From: an uncultured delta proteobacterium
GTDB lineage: Bacteria > Desulfobacterota > Binatia > UBA9968
Length of the DNA: 64,000 bases
Direction of reading: 5' to 3'
Assembly: GCA_963771465.1 (NCBI GenBank)
Contig: CAVYTU010000013.1
Span: 320,001 to 384,000 of the forward strand
Shown: in pieces, positions 1 to 10,930 of the stretch
Layout: every line of letters starts with the position of its first letter
Position numbering within the stretch: position 1 is the stretch's first letter
Program-made: the position numbers and the translations under genes
The notes under the pieces: generated by a model
What the model saw: the letters and a program-made list of their open reading frames with translations, nothing else
What the model was told of the DNA's origin: nothing
The model's database searches: none

Positions 1-59
1 CTAATCGGGTTGTCGTCACGGTAGGTGATCGGCTTTCCCACACCTCTGATATCCGCCAT
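1..59 (-). CDS. 5' end of a protein of unknown function running off the window edge
   Basis: AGGAGG RBS, then ATG at 59 reading MADIRGVGKPITYRDDNPI, open to the edge. Confidence 0.6.
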   Translation of the reverse strand, partial: MADIRGVGKPITYRDDNPI

Positions 60-168
60 AAAAACCTCCTTAGTTTCGGGCGACGGTTTCGCTTTCCTCC
101 TAACGATTAAATGCTTGGCGCCGATTTATTTGCCTTGCGACCTTTATGCACTTTGTCGTCAACTCTTC

Positions 169-1542
169 CTACGGGCGTGGACGTAGAACATCGGTGAGCC
201 CGTGCACGTCGCGTAGCTGCTCAAGGTGACGGGTGATTTCAATGACTTTATCGATCTGCTCCGGGGCGAGAACCCGCGCGGTCAGTTGGCGGAATTTCTT
301 TTCGAGCATATCGTCCGGCAAAAGGTTATTCGGATGGCCGGGCGGAAATACCATGGTTTCGGACAATTCCTTTCCCGCTGACGTGCGCATGGTGATCGTC
401 GTCGGATTGGCCTTGGGCCAGTGGATATCGAGCGATTCGTCCCCATAAACTGTCGATTTGTCGACCAGACTGAGGATGTCAGGCGAGCTCAGCTTTTCTG
501 GTTCGAATTGATCAGCGGTAAGTTGGTCGTCAACAAGAGCTGCCGCGATGCAGAAACGCACGCTATGATTGGCGGTGTCGCGGCTTTGTGGCCGCGCGTA
601 GGATTCGCGCGACTGCGTGTTGGCGTCCCGGCGCGCAAAACCGATGCGCAATGATGCGATATCGCGCCAATCTAACTTATTCTCGCGCACGAGTTTAAAC
701 GCCGCCGCCACCGCGGTCTGGCCGCACTTCACGGTGTTGTAAAGTTTCGTGTAGCTCTCCAAAATTTTATGCCGCGCGATGGGCGCGACTAAGCCATCGT
801 AGTCGATGGAGCCGGCGACCGCTTGCGTGAAGCCACCCGAGCTTTCGATTACGGCATGAGGTCCAGTTATTTTCTGCTCCGCCAGTAACGCCGCGACGAT
901 GGCGTTTGCTGCGGTCATGCCATCGAGAATCGATTTGTTCATCGGCACCTGGCCGTGGCTCGCGGCATCGAGCACGCCGCCATGAGTCACCGCCATGCCG
1001 AGAGCGCTCAAGGTTTGCTCTCTATTCAAATTGAGCAGACCAGCGGCCGCCAGCGGAATTGAAAAAGACAAATTGGTGCTGCCGGCCCAGCCGCGGGCGC
1101 CGAAATCGGGCAAGCCGGAGTTCTCCTGAAAGCGCGGCATGATTTCGTAGCCGGTGACGATCGCGGTAACGAGCTCTTTGCCGCTCGCTTGGACGCGTTC
1201 AGCCAGCGCAAGCAGCGGTGGAATATTGAAACAAGGATGACACGGATAGGGACCAGGATGGCCGTCCATGAAGTCGAGAAAACGGAGAGCGGTTCCGTTG
1301 ACCAGCGCCGCCCGTTCGCACGAGGTTCGCTCCCGAGTGCCAAGAATACTCGATTCCGCAACACCACCGAGCGCCAGCGCCACCCTTCGCACCGCTTCGG
1401 TAGTCTCGCCGCTGGCGCCGGCGATCATGCAGCCCAGCGCGTCGAGCAATCTTCGACCGGCTTCGCGAACGACTTCGGCGGGGAGATTGTCAAAACGAAT
1501 CCCGCGCGCCAAATCGACCAGCTTTTCTGTTACATCATTCAT
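169..1542 (-). CDS. MmgE/PrpD family protein
   Basis: LLDALGC, AALVNGTA..FLDFMDGH, HPCFN, PPGHPNN motifs; start taken at MNDVTEK (ORF extends to 1629). Confidence 0.9.
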   Translation of the reverse strand: MNDVTEKLVDLARGIRFDNLPAEVVREAGRRLLDALGCMIAGASGETTEAVRRVALALGGVAESSILGTRERTSCERAALVNGTALRFLDFMDGHPGPYPCHPCFNIPPLLALAERVQASGKELVTAIVTGYEIMPRFQENSGLPDFGARGWAGSTNLSFSIPLAAAGLLNLNREQTLSALGMAVTHGGVLDAASHGQVPMNKSILDGMTAANAIVAALLAEQKITGPHAVIESSGGFTQAVAGSIDYDGLVAPIARHKILESYTKLYNTVKCGQTAVAAAFKLVRENKLDWRDIASLRIGFARRDANTQSRESYARPQSRDTANHSVRFCIAAALVDDQLTADQFEPEKLSSPDILSLVDKSTVYGDESLDIHWPKANPTTITMRTSAGKELSETMVFPPGHPNNLLPDDMLEKKFRQLTARVLAPEQIDKVIEITRHLEQLRDVHGLTDVLRPRP

Positions 1543-1596
1543 TGTCGCCGAGTAACACAGGCACGAAAGCACTGTCAACCGAATCCAGGGAGCGTC

Positions 1597-1625
1597 TTGA
1601 CACAAAATTCGCCGCAGAGTATTCA
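1597..1625 (+). promoter_or_regulatory. Candidate sigma70 promoter for the downstream solute-binding protein gene
   Basis: TTGACA-N17-TATTCA; a divergent TTGACA lies on the minus strand at 1573-1578. Confidence 0.35.
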
Positions 1626-1748
1626 CCACGAGAGACAGCAGAGCACGAAGTACGAAGTTTTATCATCCGAACCCTTCGTGACTGTCTGCCTGGATGGTGA
1701 TAAGTATTGATCCAGCCACCGTCTGATAAAACCCGCGAAGGACAAAAC

Positions 1749-2759
1749 ATGAAGATCGCAAGAAGCATCGGTATCGTCTACTTAACTTTGTTGCTCCTCA
1801 GTTGGCACCATGCCTGGGGTCAAACCGATTCCACCGCCAAACTTATTGAAGGCGCAAAGAAAGAAGGCGAAGTAGTTATCTATGGGACGATGAGCTTGGA
1901 GGCGGTCAATTCGCTTAACGCAAAGTTCAAAGAAAAATACCCCTTCCTCGATATTAAATTAAATCGCCTGGGCTCGGGAAAATTTGCGCCGCGGGTAATC
2001 TCGGAAGTCAGAGCCAACAAACACCTCGCCGATATCTTACAGACCAATAGCCTGACTCTCCATTACATCAAGAAAGAAGGCTTCTTGATGAACTATCTCT
2101 CGCCGGAGGACCGTTACTACCCCAAACAATATAAGGAGCAAGGCTATTGGACCACAACCAACATGAACGTCCACGTGCTCGCCTATAACACCAAGCTGCT
2201 CACCCGCGACAAAGCACCCAAGACTTACGAGGATCTTTTGCTGCCGCAGTGGAAAGGGAAAATGTTGAGCGAAACTTCGGAGCAATGGGGCGCCTTGATG
2301 TTTCAGATCATGGGCAAAGAAAAGGCTATACGCTTTATGCGCGAACTGGCCAAGCAAAATGTATCATTGCGACGGGAGGCGAGCGCGCTACGTGTGCAAC
2401 TAATCGCTGCCGGCGAAGCATTGGTCGATTTCGACTCAACCCTCGGGCCGGTGGAGGATCTTAAACGACGCGGCGCGCCGATCGATTGGATCGCGCTCAG
2501 CCCGGCCCCCGTCGTCACCAGCGCGCACGCGATCGCCTTGCGGCCGCCCCATCCCAACGCCGCGCGGCTTTATTTGGACTACTTACTTTCACGCGAAGGA
2601 CAAAAAGCGGTCTTGGACACGCGCAGGAATGTCGCGCGCTCCGATCTTTTGCAGGAACAAGAAGCGATCAAGAATTTGGACCTCATGCCGCTCGACCCCA
2701 ACTTCGGAGCCAACGCGGAATACTACGCGCGACTGCTCAAAGAAATCTTCGGGCAGTGA
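1749..2759 (+). CDS. ABC transporter extracellular solute-binding protein (Fe3+/thiamine-like family)
   Basis: Signal peptide, AKKEGEVVIY, YNTKL, PPHPNAARLYLDYLLSREGQ. Confidence 0.9.
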   Translation: MKIARSIGIVYLTLLLLSWHHAWGQTDSTAKLIEGAKKEGEVVIYGTMSLEAVNSLNAKFKEKYPFLDIKLNRLGSGKFAPRVISEVRANKHLADILQTNSLTLHYIKKEGFLMNYLSPEDRYYPKQYKEQGYWTTTNMNVHVLAYNTKLLTRDKAPKTYEDLLLPQWKGKMLSETSEQWGALMFQIMGKEKAIRFMRELAKQNVSLRREASALRVQLIAAGEALVDFDSTLGPVEDLKRRGAPIDWIALSPAPVVTSAHAIALRPPHPNAARLYLDYLLSREGQKAVLDTRRNVARSDLLQEQEAIKNLDLMPLDPNFGANAEYYARLLKEIFGQ

Positions 2760-2876
2760 TTGAGCAAGCAATGAAGTCATCCGCGACGAAAATGTTTTCC
2801 AACAACTTCATGTCGCTAGCGTGAAAATGGGCAACAATGAATTGCCGACCGACCCACATACAGAGGAGAAATCATC

Positions 2877-3939
2877 GTGAAAATAACTGACGTGCGAGTC
2901 ACTCGCCTCAAGATGCCCAGGGTCGATCCCGCGTGGCGCACGGCATCTTACGCCGGCAACTCGGTTGAGAGTTTCATTCTCGAAATCGACGCCGACGGCG
3001 TGACCGGCATCGGCGGCACGGCCGGCCACCCGCGCAGCATGCCGCCGGACAAGTTGGAAGCGCAACTCAACGGTCCCATTCGCGCCGCGCTGCTTGGCGC
3101 CGACCCGCTCTGCGGCAATGCGGTGCGCGAAGCGATTGGTAAAGCCGACGTCGATGCGCGCGCTACCATCGCCGCCGATCTCGCGCTCTACGATATCGCC
3201 GGTAAAATCGCCAAGCTTCCTTGCCACGCGCTTTGGGGCGGCGCCGTTCGGCCGGAACGTTAGAATCGTTCGCATGGTCGGTATTAAAGCGCCTGAGGAG
3301 TTGGTGACTACCGTGGGGCAACTGCTCGAAGACGGCATCACCCACATGAAAGTTAAGGTCGGTACCGGCATCAAAGAAGATGTCGAACGCATCCGTGCGT
3401 TGCGCAAATCATTCGCCGAAAGAATTTCCATCGGCATCGACGGCAACGGTGCCTACACGCCGGATGAGGCCATCGAACTCAGCCGCGCCCTCACGCCGTA
3501 CAACGTTACTTTGATCGAGCAGCCAATCGATTACCATGACTTGGACGGCCTGGCGAAAGTTACCGCGGCGAGCCCGATTCCGATCATGGCCGACCAGTGT
3601 GTTGATGACGCCGAGTCGGCGTTGGAAGTATGTCAGCGTAAGGCTGCACACGTCGTCTCAGTCAAACTTAGCAAGATGGGATCCATCGATGAATGCCGGC
3701 GTGTCTTTGAAATCTGCCGCGCGTTTGGCGTGAGGGTTCATATCGGTGGCTCCGCCGGACCGGCGGTGGTTGACATCGCCGCAGCACAACTGGCAGCATC
3801 GTTCTCGACCATCGACGAGGACGCTGAGGTCGGCGAGTTTCAAGCGCTCACCGGGGAACCTACCCGCGGCGCGACGGTCAAGGGTGGTTGTGTTGAGATT
3901 GGTGACGCGCCGGGCTGGGGACTGAGTTTGGCGCGATAA
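2877..3939 (+). CDS. Mandelate racemase/muconate lactonizing (enolase superfamily) enzyme, +1 frameshift near 3255
   Basis: Capping domain (ADLALYDIAGK) in ORF 2877-3263 continues into the barrel (KVKVG, DGN, IEQP, ADQ) in ORF 3094-3939. Confidence 0.85.
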
Positions 3940-4020
3940 TTAAAACACTGGCGTCCTGGAACAATCGGTTCAGAGCGTGCCGTTCCAAAGTTTCAGCATG
4001 ACACATTTTGCGGGGGAATC

Positions 4021-5130
4021 ATGACACGAATTTATTTGGTATTTGCTTTGATCGTAACGCTATCCGTCGGCGGCACTGATTGTTTCGCCGCTGCGGCCGG
4101 CGCTTCATTGGCCAAGGCCAAACAGGATGCCGAGGCTAAGGGGTATACTTTTCTAACCAGCCACGAAGAGATTCTCGCGCGCGCTAGGAAAGAGGGCAGG
4201 TTGCGCGTGCTTAGCTCGCAAGACCCTGAAGCGATCAAGGCGATGTCCGCCGCTTTCAAGAAAAAGTATCCCTTCATCGATGCCCGCATCGAGGAAATCG
4301 GCGGCATGGAAAACTATCAACGCATCCTCCAAGAAATGAAGGCAGGTCTGGCCAAGACCTGGGACGCCAACTATTTAGCTTTCGATTTTTACAGCGAGTT
4401 CGTGCCGTTTCAGAAAAAGTTCGACATCCTGGGTATGGCCGAACAGGGCGTGCTGCAAATCTCGCCGAAACTGGTCGATCCGGTGAATCGCTCAGTCGTC
4501 GCCGTCCAAAGCAATATGCAGGTCATCGCATACAACAAAGAGATGATTTCCGGCGATAAAGTGCCGGATAGCTGGGAGGGATTCCTGGCGCCTGAGTTCA
4601 AAGGCAAAAAATTTCTGCTTGATGTGCGCCCGAAACCGCTCGCGGCTCTCGTTCCACTCTGGGGCCTGGAAAAAACCGTTGAGTTCGCCAAGAAACTCGC
4701 GGCACAACAGCCGATCTGGTACCGGGGCGAAGCACGCCAACTCATCCAAATGACGGTGGGCGAATATCCGCTCATCCTCGGACCGAATTACAAATCGTCG
4801 AAAGCGACGAAAGATCCACGCGGAGTTCTCGAAGTGAAAGTTGTCGAACCAGTTCCGGCGCGCTTCAGCGAAGTACAGGCCGTGTTGAATGCGGCATCGA
4901 GTCCACACGCCGCGCTACTCTGGCTCGAATTTCAAGCGAGCGCCGAAGGACAAAAAATTCTCGACGAGACCGATATGGCCGCGACCATCTACACACCAGG
5001 ATCGACGATCGAGAAGTTGACCCGCAACAAGAAAGTGTCGTTGCTTACCTGGGAGCACTATCCGAAAATGGGCAAGTACGAAGAGGAAATCATCAAAGCC
5101 TACGGGTTCCCGCGAGCAGAAGCTAAATAA
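4021..5130 (+). CDS. ABC transporter solute-binding protein
   Basis: Signal peptide, ARKEGRLRV, PHAALLWLEF; paralog of 47594-48718. Confidence 0.85.
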   Translation: MTRIYLVFALIVTLSVGGTDCFAAAAGASLAKAKQDAEAKGYTFLTSHEEILARARKEGRLRVLSSQDPEAIKAMSAAFKKKYPFIDARIEEIGGMENYQRILQEMKAGLAKTWDANYLAFDFYSEFVPFQKKFDILGMAEQGVLQISPKLVDPVNRSVVAVQSNMQVIAYNKEMISGDKVPDSWEGFLAPEFKGKKFLLDVRPKPLAALVPLWGLEKTVEFAKKLAAQQPIWYRGEARQLIQMTVGEYPLILGPNYKSSKATKDPRGVLEVKVVEPVPARFSEVQAVLNAASSPHAALLWLEFQASAEGQKILDETDMAATIYTPGSTIEKLTRNKKVSLLTWEHYPKMGKYEEEIIKAYGFPRAEAK

Positions 5131-5296
5131 CAGACGCAAAGCTCACGAGGGTTTTTTCGATCCGCTATTTAGTCGGCCCACGTGGCAGGCCTCGGCGGAG
5201 TGCACGGAGAGAGAGACTTCACCGAGAGGCGATAAGTAGTTCTCGAACGACTTGGCAGCGGACAAATTTACAACAATTATTTTTTCTCGCTGCTCG

Positions 5297-6523
5297 TTAA
5301 GCGGTCGCTGCGGCACGGTGTCGGCGGCTCAACACTAACAAGAAGCTCGCTGCGACAGTGCATACTAAGCCGCACATGGCAAAAGTCCATTCGATACTGA
5401 TCACTGCTGCTGAACCGCCGATGATCAGACTGCCAAGGGACCACAAACCTCGGTCCATGAAAAATAGGCTCAACACCCGACCCAGCAGATTCTGCGGCGT
5501 GTCTGTTTGAATCACGGTATTGGCCAAAGCGCGCTCGCCTAACTGGCAAAATCCTACCATCGTCAGCGCGATAATCGACAGCACGAACGAATGACTAAAG
5601 GCGAATAGGGTCAGGAACAACGCAAAACCCAATACACACGCACAGATCGAGCGGGTGCCGACGCGCAGCTTGTTGACGGACGCGAGAAATAATGATGCTG
5701 CCGTAGCGCCGATTCCCGGTGCCGACATCAGCAAGCCAAATCCTGACGCGCCGACGTGCAGCACATTCGTGGCGAAAATCGGCACGAATCGACTGTAGGG
5801 CGCGCCAAACAAGGCCATGAGGTAGGAAATGCCGACAATATGAAGAATACGCCGGTTGCCGCGCAGGTAGCCGTATCCTTCTTTGATATCGGCGAATAAG
5901 CTCTGACGGCCTTGGCGCGCTTCCCACGGCGGCAGGTCCATTAGATACAAATTGAAGAGCAAAAAGACAAAACTGATGGCATTGACCAGGAAGCAACCGG
6001 AGATGCCGAGGTAAGCGATAATCACGCCGCCCGCCGACGGTCCGGCGATCTTCGAGAAGTTGTTTACCGAGGAGTGCAGTCCGATCGCGTTGAGCAGCTC
6101 TTCTTTGGGTATCAGACTGTTTATCAACGACTGGCGCGCCGTCTGATTGATCGTGTTCACGACGCCCAAGAAACAAGCCAAAATTGCGATCTGCCATAAC
6201 TCGATGGTTTCAAATTGCACCAACAGCCAATAGACAATCGCTTGCATCATCGCCAGAGTCTGGGTGATCATCAGCACTCGCCTGCGGTCGAAACGATCGG
6301 CGATGGCGCCGCCCACTGCGCCGACCATAAGCCGCGGCAAGCTGTCAAAGACCGCGATTACGCCGATGGCGACCGGCGACTGAGAAAGGTGCCACACCAG
6401 CCAGCTTTGCGCGACGTTCTGCATAAAATCGCCGGAGTGGGAAATTAACGCACCTACTAATAGCAGGCGAAAGTTTCGATGGCGCAGGGAACGAAGTGTT
6501 CTGAATTTCCAAAGGTTTTGCAA
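5297..6523 (-). CDS. MFS transporter (MFS_3 type)
   Basis: SLRHRNFRLL, GAIADRFDRRR motif A, about 12 hydrophobic segments. Confidence 0.9.
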   Translation of the reverse strand: MQNLWKFRTLRSLRHRNFRLLLVGALISHSGDFMQNVAQSWLVWHLSQSPVAIGVIAVFDSLPRLMVGAVGGAIADRFDRRRVLMITQTLAMMQAIVYWLLVQFETIELWQIAILACFLGVVNTINQTARQSLINSLIPKEELLNAIGLHSSVNNFSKIAGPSAGGVIIAYLGISGCFLVNAISFVFLLFNLYLMDLPPWEARQGRQSLFADIKEGYGYLRGNRRILHIVGISYLMALFGAPYSRFVPIFATNVLHVGASGFGLLMSAPGIGATAASLFLASVNKLRVGTRSICACVLGFALFLTLFAFSHSFVLSIIALTMVGFCQLGERALANTVIQTDTPQNLLGRVLSLFFMDRGLWSLGSLIIGGSAAVISIEWTFAMCGLVCTVAASFLLVLSRRHRAAATA

Positions 6524-6698
6524 AGCTAATTTGCCGTTCGATCACGATTATCTACTATTGTTACGGCAATCATCGTCGCAATGCAAAGCTGCCACGTTAG
6601 AGACGGGTAATTGTCTTACCGTCTCGGCTGGCATAGAATTCCCGGCACGGCCTGATCCGACTTTTCGATCAGCCGCTTGTGTCCCTGGGGGATATCAT

Positions 6699-7217
6699 AT
6701 GTCTTCGATGCCCATCATCAATTTGCAGCGACACGCTCACCAACTAGCCGCCAGCGGCAAGCGCGTCAGCGTTCTGTGGCAGCATGCTGACACGCTCGCG
6801 TTTATCGCTCGCGGCCGCGAGTACCGCAGTGAATTTCACATCAATCCGAGCGACGAGACTATGTACATGATCAAAGGCGAGATGCGCCTGCACTTCCGCA
6901 CGCTGGAAGGCAAGGAAGACGTCGCGGTGATCGCCGAAGGAGCGATGATCTACACGCCCGCAGGCACACCGCACTCGCCGCGCTTCGCGCCCGATGCCTT
7001 CGCTTTGATTTCAGAGAGAAAAAGACGGATCGGCGAGATCGACAAGTTTCACTGGTACTGCCAGAAGTGTGACAACTTGCTGCACGAAGAACACTTTATT
7101 GTAAGAGACTACGCCGAAGACCCGGTGTCGAAGGCTTACCGGCGATTTTTCGACAGCGAAGAGTTCCGCACCTGCAAGAAATGCGGCGATGTCATGCCGG
7201 CGCCGGAAGAACTTTGA
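6699..7217 (+). CDS. nbaC: 3-hydroxyanthranilate 3,4-dioxygenase-like cupin
   Basis: RSEFHIN..DE, PHSP iron ligands, and two CxxC motifs (WYCQKC, TCKKC) of the rubredoxin-like site. Confidence 0.8.
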   Translation: MSSMPIINLQRHAHQLAASGKRVSVLWQHADTLAFIARGREYRSEFHINPSDETMYMIKGEMRLHFRTLEGKEDVAVIAEGAMIYTPAGTPHSPRFAPDAFALISERKRRIGEIDKFHWYCQKCDNLLHEEHFIVRDYAEDPVSKAYRRFFDSEEFRTCKKCGDVMPAPEEL

Positions 7218-7536
7218 TTACAAATCGAGAGAAGCACGCAGTTGCAAACGAGAAGACTCAAGAATTCCCAAACATTTCAGTATCGAAATCTGGCCACTGG
7301 GTTTGCTTAGGTCTCATGGCAAACAGTTCTCGGACAAACACGGACCGGCGAGATTAAGTTGATCGACTCTTCAGGCAATCTCACAGGACTTGTTCGTCTG
7401 AGAAATCAGTTCAATCTCAGGCTGCAGATGGAGGACATCGCCTGATAACCGATGCCGATCCGGCTTTATCTGTGGCGCCACTTTTCGTCGATTCTCTCCG
7501 AGGATCGTACGAGGACAAAAGGCTAAGAAGCTGAAA

Positions 7537-9477
7537 CTATTTTTTGGTGATGGTCGAATTAATTTCACACACAAGCCGATGAGCTTCAGCGTCCGACAGC
7601 GTTGCTAATTCGTCTAGGATGGTCGCCAACTGGCTCTCGTCTAACATCTTCCCTTGGTGTTCGGTGATTACCGCGGCCATTTCAGCAATGGTCGGAGACT
7701 GAAACAGTGATTGCAGCGGTATCTCTAACTGAAAGCGTTTGATGACCTGTGATATAACTTGGGTTGCGGACAATGAGTGACCTCCGAGGTCAAAGAAATC
7801 ATCATTTATACCTATGGGGGAAACATCAAGAACTTCTTCCCATATCTGGACTAAAATCTGTTCGGTCTCATTTCGTGGCCTAGAATATAACGCGCTGAGC
7901 TCCGGGCGCTTTTGGTCTGGTTCAGGTAAGGCTTTTCGGTCGAGCTTGCCGGTGGCAGTGAGTGGTAGGACTTCCATCCTGACAAATACTGACGGTATCA
8001 TGTAATCGGCCAGTACGTTACCCAAGCATTTCCGTAACTCATGTGCTGTAGGAGCTGTAGGACCCTGATCAGTTAAAGATGTAAAATAAGCTGCGAGTCG
8101 ACTCTTCCCCGATTTATCTTTTCGATCCACTACAACAGCGTCGCGGATCGCCTTATGACTGCGAAGGGCCGCCTCAACCTCGTTAAGATCCACACCGTAA
8201 CCGCGAATCTTAATCCAGTCGTCCTTGCGACCTTTGTGCACTAAGCAGCCTTCGGGAAGCATTAACCCAAGGTCCCCGGTGTAGTAAAGCCGTTTGTTCT
8301 GATCCTCTGGATCGTGCTTGAATTTCGCAGCGGTCAACTCCGGATTATGCCAATAGCCCGGTGAAAGATAAGCACTGCGAACGACGATTTCACCAACCTG
8401 CTCCAAGTCAACAGATTTACCGGTCTCATCAACGAGTAGCACCTCGCGATCGGGAACCGGGTATCCAACCGGCACCGTTTCCTCGTCAATAGGTGTATCG
8501 TGGTCGATGAAGTATTGCCGAATGGTCGTAGCCTCGCTCGATCCTAGGTTGTGAAGAAGACAGCAAGTGTTGGGAAATCGCTTGCGGTAGTCGAGGACGT
8601 CACTGCGGTACACGGGCTCGCCGCCAAGGTGTAGAACCCGCATGTGGGGAAACTTTACCGCTTCGTCCGATGACTGAATCATCGACCGAAAGAGCGTCGG
8701 GACGATCTGACAGACAGTGACGCGCTTCTCGATCAACCAGTGCGCGAAGCTCGCTGGGCCTTGCCCAGCCGTATCAAAAGGCAAAAGAGTCGCGCCGTTT
8801 AGCAGAGCGCGAAAAATCGACGACGTTCCTGCCAAAGTTGTGTAGCTCGCCGCCTGGCAGATGCGGTCTTCGCAGGTGAGGTAAAGCGTGTTGGTATGCA
8901 CCATGATGTTGTTCAAAACGATAGTGTGTGTGTGCACGACCCCCTTCGGTCGACCGGTTGATCCAGAGGTATAGATGATATTACTGGCGGTGTCCGGCGT
9001 GATATCGAGTCCGAGATTTTCGCCGTTTCCGGAGCCGATGACACATTCAATTGCCACGACTTCGGTACCATGGCCTACCAGTGTCGCTGCCTCTTCAATG
9101 TGATCACAATCAGTAAGGACCAAAACGCTTCCGGCATCCATCAACAAGGCGTGAGACCGCTCAGACGGACCACCTGGCAGCATGGGAAACCATGCACGGC
9201 CTGACTTGAGCACACCCAGGATGCCGGCTATCGCGTCGAAGCCCGGCGCGAAGAACAATGCCACTGGATCACTAGATTCCTGTGTGTGTAAAATCGCTCG
9301 CGCAATGCGGTTAGCACTTTCGTTTAAGGTACGGTAGGTCCAGCTCTGCTGCCCCGCTTCGATGGCAATTCTATCCGGGTGACGTGCGGCTTGCGACTCG
9401 AACCTGCGAGGAATGTTACCTTCTAGCTCTATCGGAAACTCTTCGAATCCGGCCACTGGAATTGGGCGAGTTACCAT
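7537..9477 (-). CDS. Stand-alone NRPS-like adenylation-thiolation (A-T) didomain protein
   Basis: YTSGSTGRPKG, LGSSE, YYTGDLG, GRKDDWIKIRG, TGKLDR, PCP motif FFDLGGHSL; start overlaps the upstream stop. Confidence 0.9.
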   Translation of the reverse strand: MVTRPIPVAGFEEFPIELEGNIPRRFESQAARHPDRIAIEAGQQSWTYRTLNESANRIARAILHTQESSDPVALFFAPGFDAIAGILGVLKSGRAWFPMLPGGPSERSHALLMDAGSVLVLTDCDHIEEAATLVGHGTEVVAIECVIGSGNGENLGLDITPDTASNIIYTSGSTGRPKGVVHTHTIVLNNIMVHTNTLYLTCEDRICQAASYTTLAGTSSIFRALLNGATLLPFDTAGQGPASFAHWLIEKRVTVCQIVPTLFRSMIQSSDEAVKFPHMRVLHLGGEPVYRSDVLDYRKRFPNTCCLLHNLGSSEATTIRQYFIDHDTPIDEETVPVGYPVPDREVLLVDETGKSVDLEQVGEIVVRSAYLSPGYWHNPELTAAKFKHDPEDQNKRLYYTGDLGLMLPEGCLVHKGRKDDWIKIRGYGVDLNEVEAALRSHKAIRDAVVVDRKDKSGKSRLAAYFTSLTDQGPTAPTAHELRKCLGNVLADYMIPSVFVRMEVLPLTATGKLDRKALPEPDQKRPELSALYSRPRNETEQILVQIWEEVLDVSPIGINDDFFDLGGHSLSATQVISQVIKRFQLEIPLQSLFQSPTIAEMAAVITEHQGKMLDESQLATILDELATLSDAEAHRLVCEINSTITKK

Positions 9478-10511
9478 GGAGTATTCGCTCCTAGTTCCCG
9501 CGCAGTGGTGCGCAATGCGTCGCAGGTGCGGTCGTCGACATGCAGCCCCTCGGCGGTGTGTTTCTCGTAAGCCAGCCAACGACGATCACCGGGGACGATG
9601 GACTCGTCCGTACCGGATGTGTGAACTGTCGATTGCATGAAACCGACCAAGGCTTCGATACGTTTGAAGTATGTTCTGCGCGAGATGAAGGCGTCAATAT
9701 CCAGGGCCACAAAAGTATGCCCGACTCCATTGGGCCGCGAGAAGTTTTCATAGATCGAGGCGACTTCATGGGAGATCGCCGCTCCTGTGATAACCCCGCT
9801 CAGAATCTCAACCATGATACTCAGTGCGAAACCCCTCGATCCACCCATGGGCTCTAGAACTCCGGACACCGCTGCGCGCGCGTCCTTTACAGCCCGACCA
9901 TCAGCATCTCGGGCGATGCCGGAGGACAACGCTTCTCCTTTTTCCGCCGCTCGACGAACTTTAGAGCCCGCCGATGCGCTCGTAGACAAGTCTACGAGGA
10001 TCGCGCGTCCCGACAGACGCGGCGCGCCGAGGGCGATGGGATTCGTACCCAATAGAGGGACTTTACTAACGGCGGGCGCGACCCGTGGCGCTGCATTACT
10101 AAAAGCCAACCCCAAGTATCCTTTTTCCGCCGCTAAGTTGACGTAATACGCAGCTGGTCCAAAGTGGTTGCTCCGTTTCACCCCGACCACTCCGACGCCG
10201 AAATCGGTCGCGAGTCGTATTGCCCGACGCATCGCCAGTTGCCCGATCACCTGCCCGAAGCCGTTACGCCCATCGACTAACGATACGGCTTTTCTGCGCG
10301 TGGCCGTGTAGGCGTGACATGGCGACCTGATCAAGCCATGCTTAAAGCGTTTAAGATAGGTAGGAAGCCGCCACACTCCCTGCTCGGGGCGGCTTATCAT
10401 GTCGGACCAGACCAGTACTTTCGCTAGCACGGCTGCCTCCTTTGGGTCTACCCCCGCGTGACAGGCCAACGACTCGATCCAGGTCTGAAATGTTTCTCGC
10501 TGGAACTTCAC
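9471..10511 (-). CDS. Ldh_2 family oxidoreductase (ComC/DpkA/AllD-like)
   Basis: VDGRNGFGQ, SNHFG, LGTNPIA, VDLSTS, PGDR motifs. Confidence 0.9.
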   Translation of the reverse strand: MKFQRETFQTWIESLACHAGVDPKEAAVLAKVLVWSDMISRPEQGVWRLPTYLKRFKHGLIRSPCHAYTATRRKAVSLVDGRNGFGQVIGQLAMRRAIRLATDFGVGVVGVKRSNHFGPAAYYVNLAAEKGYLGLAFSNAAPRVAPAVSKVPLLGTNPIALGAPRLSGRAILVDLSTSASAGSKVRRAAEKGEALSSGIARDADGRAVKDARAAVSGVLEPMGGSRGFALSIMVEILSGVITGAAISHEVASIYENFSRPNGVGHTFVALDIDAFISRRTYFKRIEALVGFMQSTVHTSGTDESIVPGDRRWLAYEKHTAEGLHVDDRTCDALRTTARELGANTPW

Positions 10512-10930
10512 AAATTATCATTCCGAACAATACGAAAATCACTTAATGTGCCGGAGTTAGCGACGCCATGTCGATGGTGCTGAGAAGCGTTGTGAACGAA
10601 AACGCTTAACTTTGAAAATCTGCGTGTCATTCGAAACGACTGTACAAGTCAACACATCATCCGACAGTAGATTGCCACCTCGTTCTTGAGCAGACTTATC
10701 ACGCACAAGGCAATTGCAAAAACGATTATTTACAGCAGAAGAGAATGCAAATCTGTCGAAGTGACAAGCCCGAAATTCGGCTTAAGATTGAACTGTATAG
10801 ACGCTTCAGTTCGAATCATTAGGTGCCAGTGATCGACTGTTTGTTTAGCGAGGTTCTGAGGAGGTTCGTCTGAACTTTGAACGCTTAAACCTTGGACTGT
10901 TCCGAAGTTTGGAACGTTTTGAACAAATCC

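Noticed and set aside
8045-8062. 9-bp tandem duplication (PTAPTA) in the A domain
   Set aside because: In-frame micro-duplication in a probable loop with no further significance.
10754-10783. Additional ECF42-like promoter (TGTCGA..CGGCTT)
   Set aside because: Wrong spacing, mismatched -10, and no plus-strand gene downstream.
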